Shown: piece by piece, positions 49,190 through 49,899 of the stretch
Numbering within the stretch: the first letter of the stretch is position 1
How the letters are laid out: each line of letters begins with the position of its first letter
IMG/VR virus record: IMGVR_UViG_3300047159_000064
Source: a virus
Lineage: Duplodnaviria > Heunggongvirae > Uroviricota > Caudoviricetes
DNA length: 49,899 bases
Strand: one strand, 5' to 3'
Program-made: the position numbers and the translations under genes
The notes under the pieces: generated by a model
What the model was told of the DNA's origin: nothing
What the model saw: only the letters and a program-made list of their open reading frames with translations
Databases searched by the model: none

Positions 49190-49263
49190 TGGAGCGCCTG
49201 ATGGATCCCGACACCACACTGTCGCTTTGGAAGAGCGACGTACTTCCTTTATACTACAGACGC
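49190..49263 (-). tRNA. tRNA-Gly(UCC) with atypical T-loop
   Basis: Loop CTTCCAA, U73, CCA. Confidence 0.8.
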
Positions 49264-49325
49264 AAACAAAGCCGCGCAGACATCTCTGTCAAGCGCGGCC
49301 AAGCTGATGCTGGTTTTAAGCCTTA

Positions 49326-49805
49326 TTAGGCTTTTTTGACAGATTCTTTGTTCGAAAAGTCGGACGCTTCGGCGATATCGGCCTTAATCGTCTCCTTACG
49401 AGAATTTAGCGCATCATATTCGCTGTTGAGCAACGCTTTCAAGCGATCGATGGTCGCGATGGCGGTCTTGATGCCTCCGCGAGCGGCGATATTGCCTGCC
49501 AATTCTGCGCGAAGAGAGGCGATCTCGCGACCTGCCTTTTCGTCGTAGACATCAGTCGGCGATACGACGGCGATGCCCTTTGTGCATCCGGTGACGTCAT
49601 ACTCCAAGGCGCTGAGCGCCGAGCTGAGGATGTCGCGATCGTGGTTGAACTCGTCGATGGCATGCCCTTCTAAGGTGTAATTGCCCAAAACAACAGTGGT
49701 AACATTATTAGTGAAACCGCTGTCGTCTTTGTAGCGATAAAGCTTCGTGGCGTGCGTGCGCGACGTCTTGATAGCTTTCATAGTAATCTTCTTTTTCTTG
49801 CTCAT
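49326..49805 (-). CDS. Hypothetical protein
   Basis: G.A...P.D.YDE..G..IA..RA phage motif; coiled-coil C-terminus. Confidence 0.72.
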   Translation of the reverse strand: MSKKKKITMKAIKTSRTHATKLYRYKDDSGFTNNVTTVVLGNYTLEGHAIDEFNHDRDILSSALSALEYDVTGCTKGIAVVSPTDVYDEKAGREIASLRAELAGNIAARGGIKTAIATIDRLKALLNSEYDALNSRKETIKADIAEASDFSNKESVKKA

Positions 49806-49840
49806 AATAAGTGTTCCTTTCATGTTATTTTAACAAGATT

Positions 49841-49899
49841 TGGTCGCGGGGGCTGGATTCGAACCAGCGACCTTCTGGGTATGAACCAGGCAAGCTAAC
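49841..49899 (-). tRNA. tRNA-Met(CAU), 5' end outside the window
   Basis: Anticodon loop TTCATAC, T-arm, CCA. Confidence 0.85.

Noticed and set aside
100-49663. Plus-strand ORFs and short alternative-frame ORFs in the track (e.g. 16190..17095, 22642..23670, 38547..39302)
   Set aside because: Antisense or shadow frames of real minus-strand genes or tRNAs; no RBS or recognisable motifs
1-49899. CRISPR array, diversity-generating retroelement, integrase or transposase
   Set aside because: No regularly spaced repeats, reverse transcriptase, TR/VR pair or recombinase motifs seen in this window

Overview
About 50 kb of a large tailed-phage genome; the host is probably a Bacillota bacterium (AGGAGG RBSs, TATAAT -10 boxes). 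All supportable genes are on the minus strand. There are four blocks: (1) 0-11.8 kb nucleotide/NAD metabolism and replication (NadE, PRPP-synthetase-like, ThyA-family, phosphoesterase, nucleotidyltransferase, two-subunit type II topoisomerase); (2) 11.8-35.5 kb tail/adhesin and lysis genes, including a 2626-aa LRR tail protein; (3) 35.5-41 kb accessory enzymes and release factor RF1; (4) 41-49.9 kb with 24 tRNAs, a tmRNA and several unannotated structured RNAs. Main discovery: TGA is a sense codon, most likely Trp. I found 15 in-frame TGAs in 10 genes that rejoin ORF-track fragments, and no supportable gene ends in TGA. Fourteen of the 15 lie in the structural/lysis block, which carries a repeated GCTAAATTA motif. 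The phage encodes RF1 (reads UAA/UAG only) and a tRNA-Trp(CCA) with C9 and A24, suggesting late-gene opal recoding. Other highlights: a circularly permuted tRNA-like (Y RNA/YrlA-like) RNA, a ~1 kb structured ncRNA with a duplicated module, a ThyA with the Asn->Asp dCMP-specificity change, a poly-G frameshifted adhesin-like gene, and C33 in both tRNA-Glu genes. All calls are manual; no searches were run.
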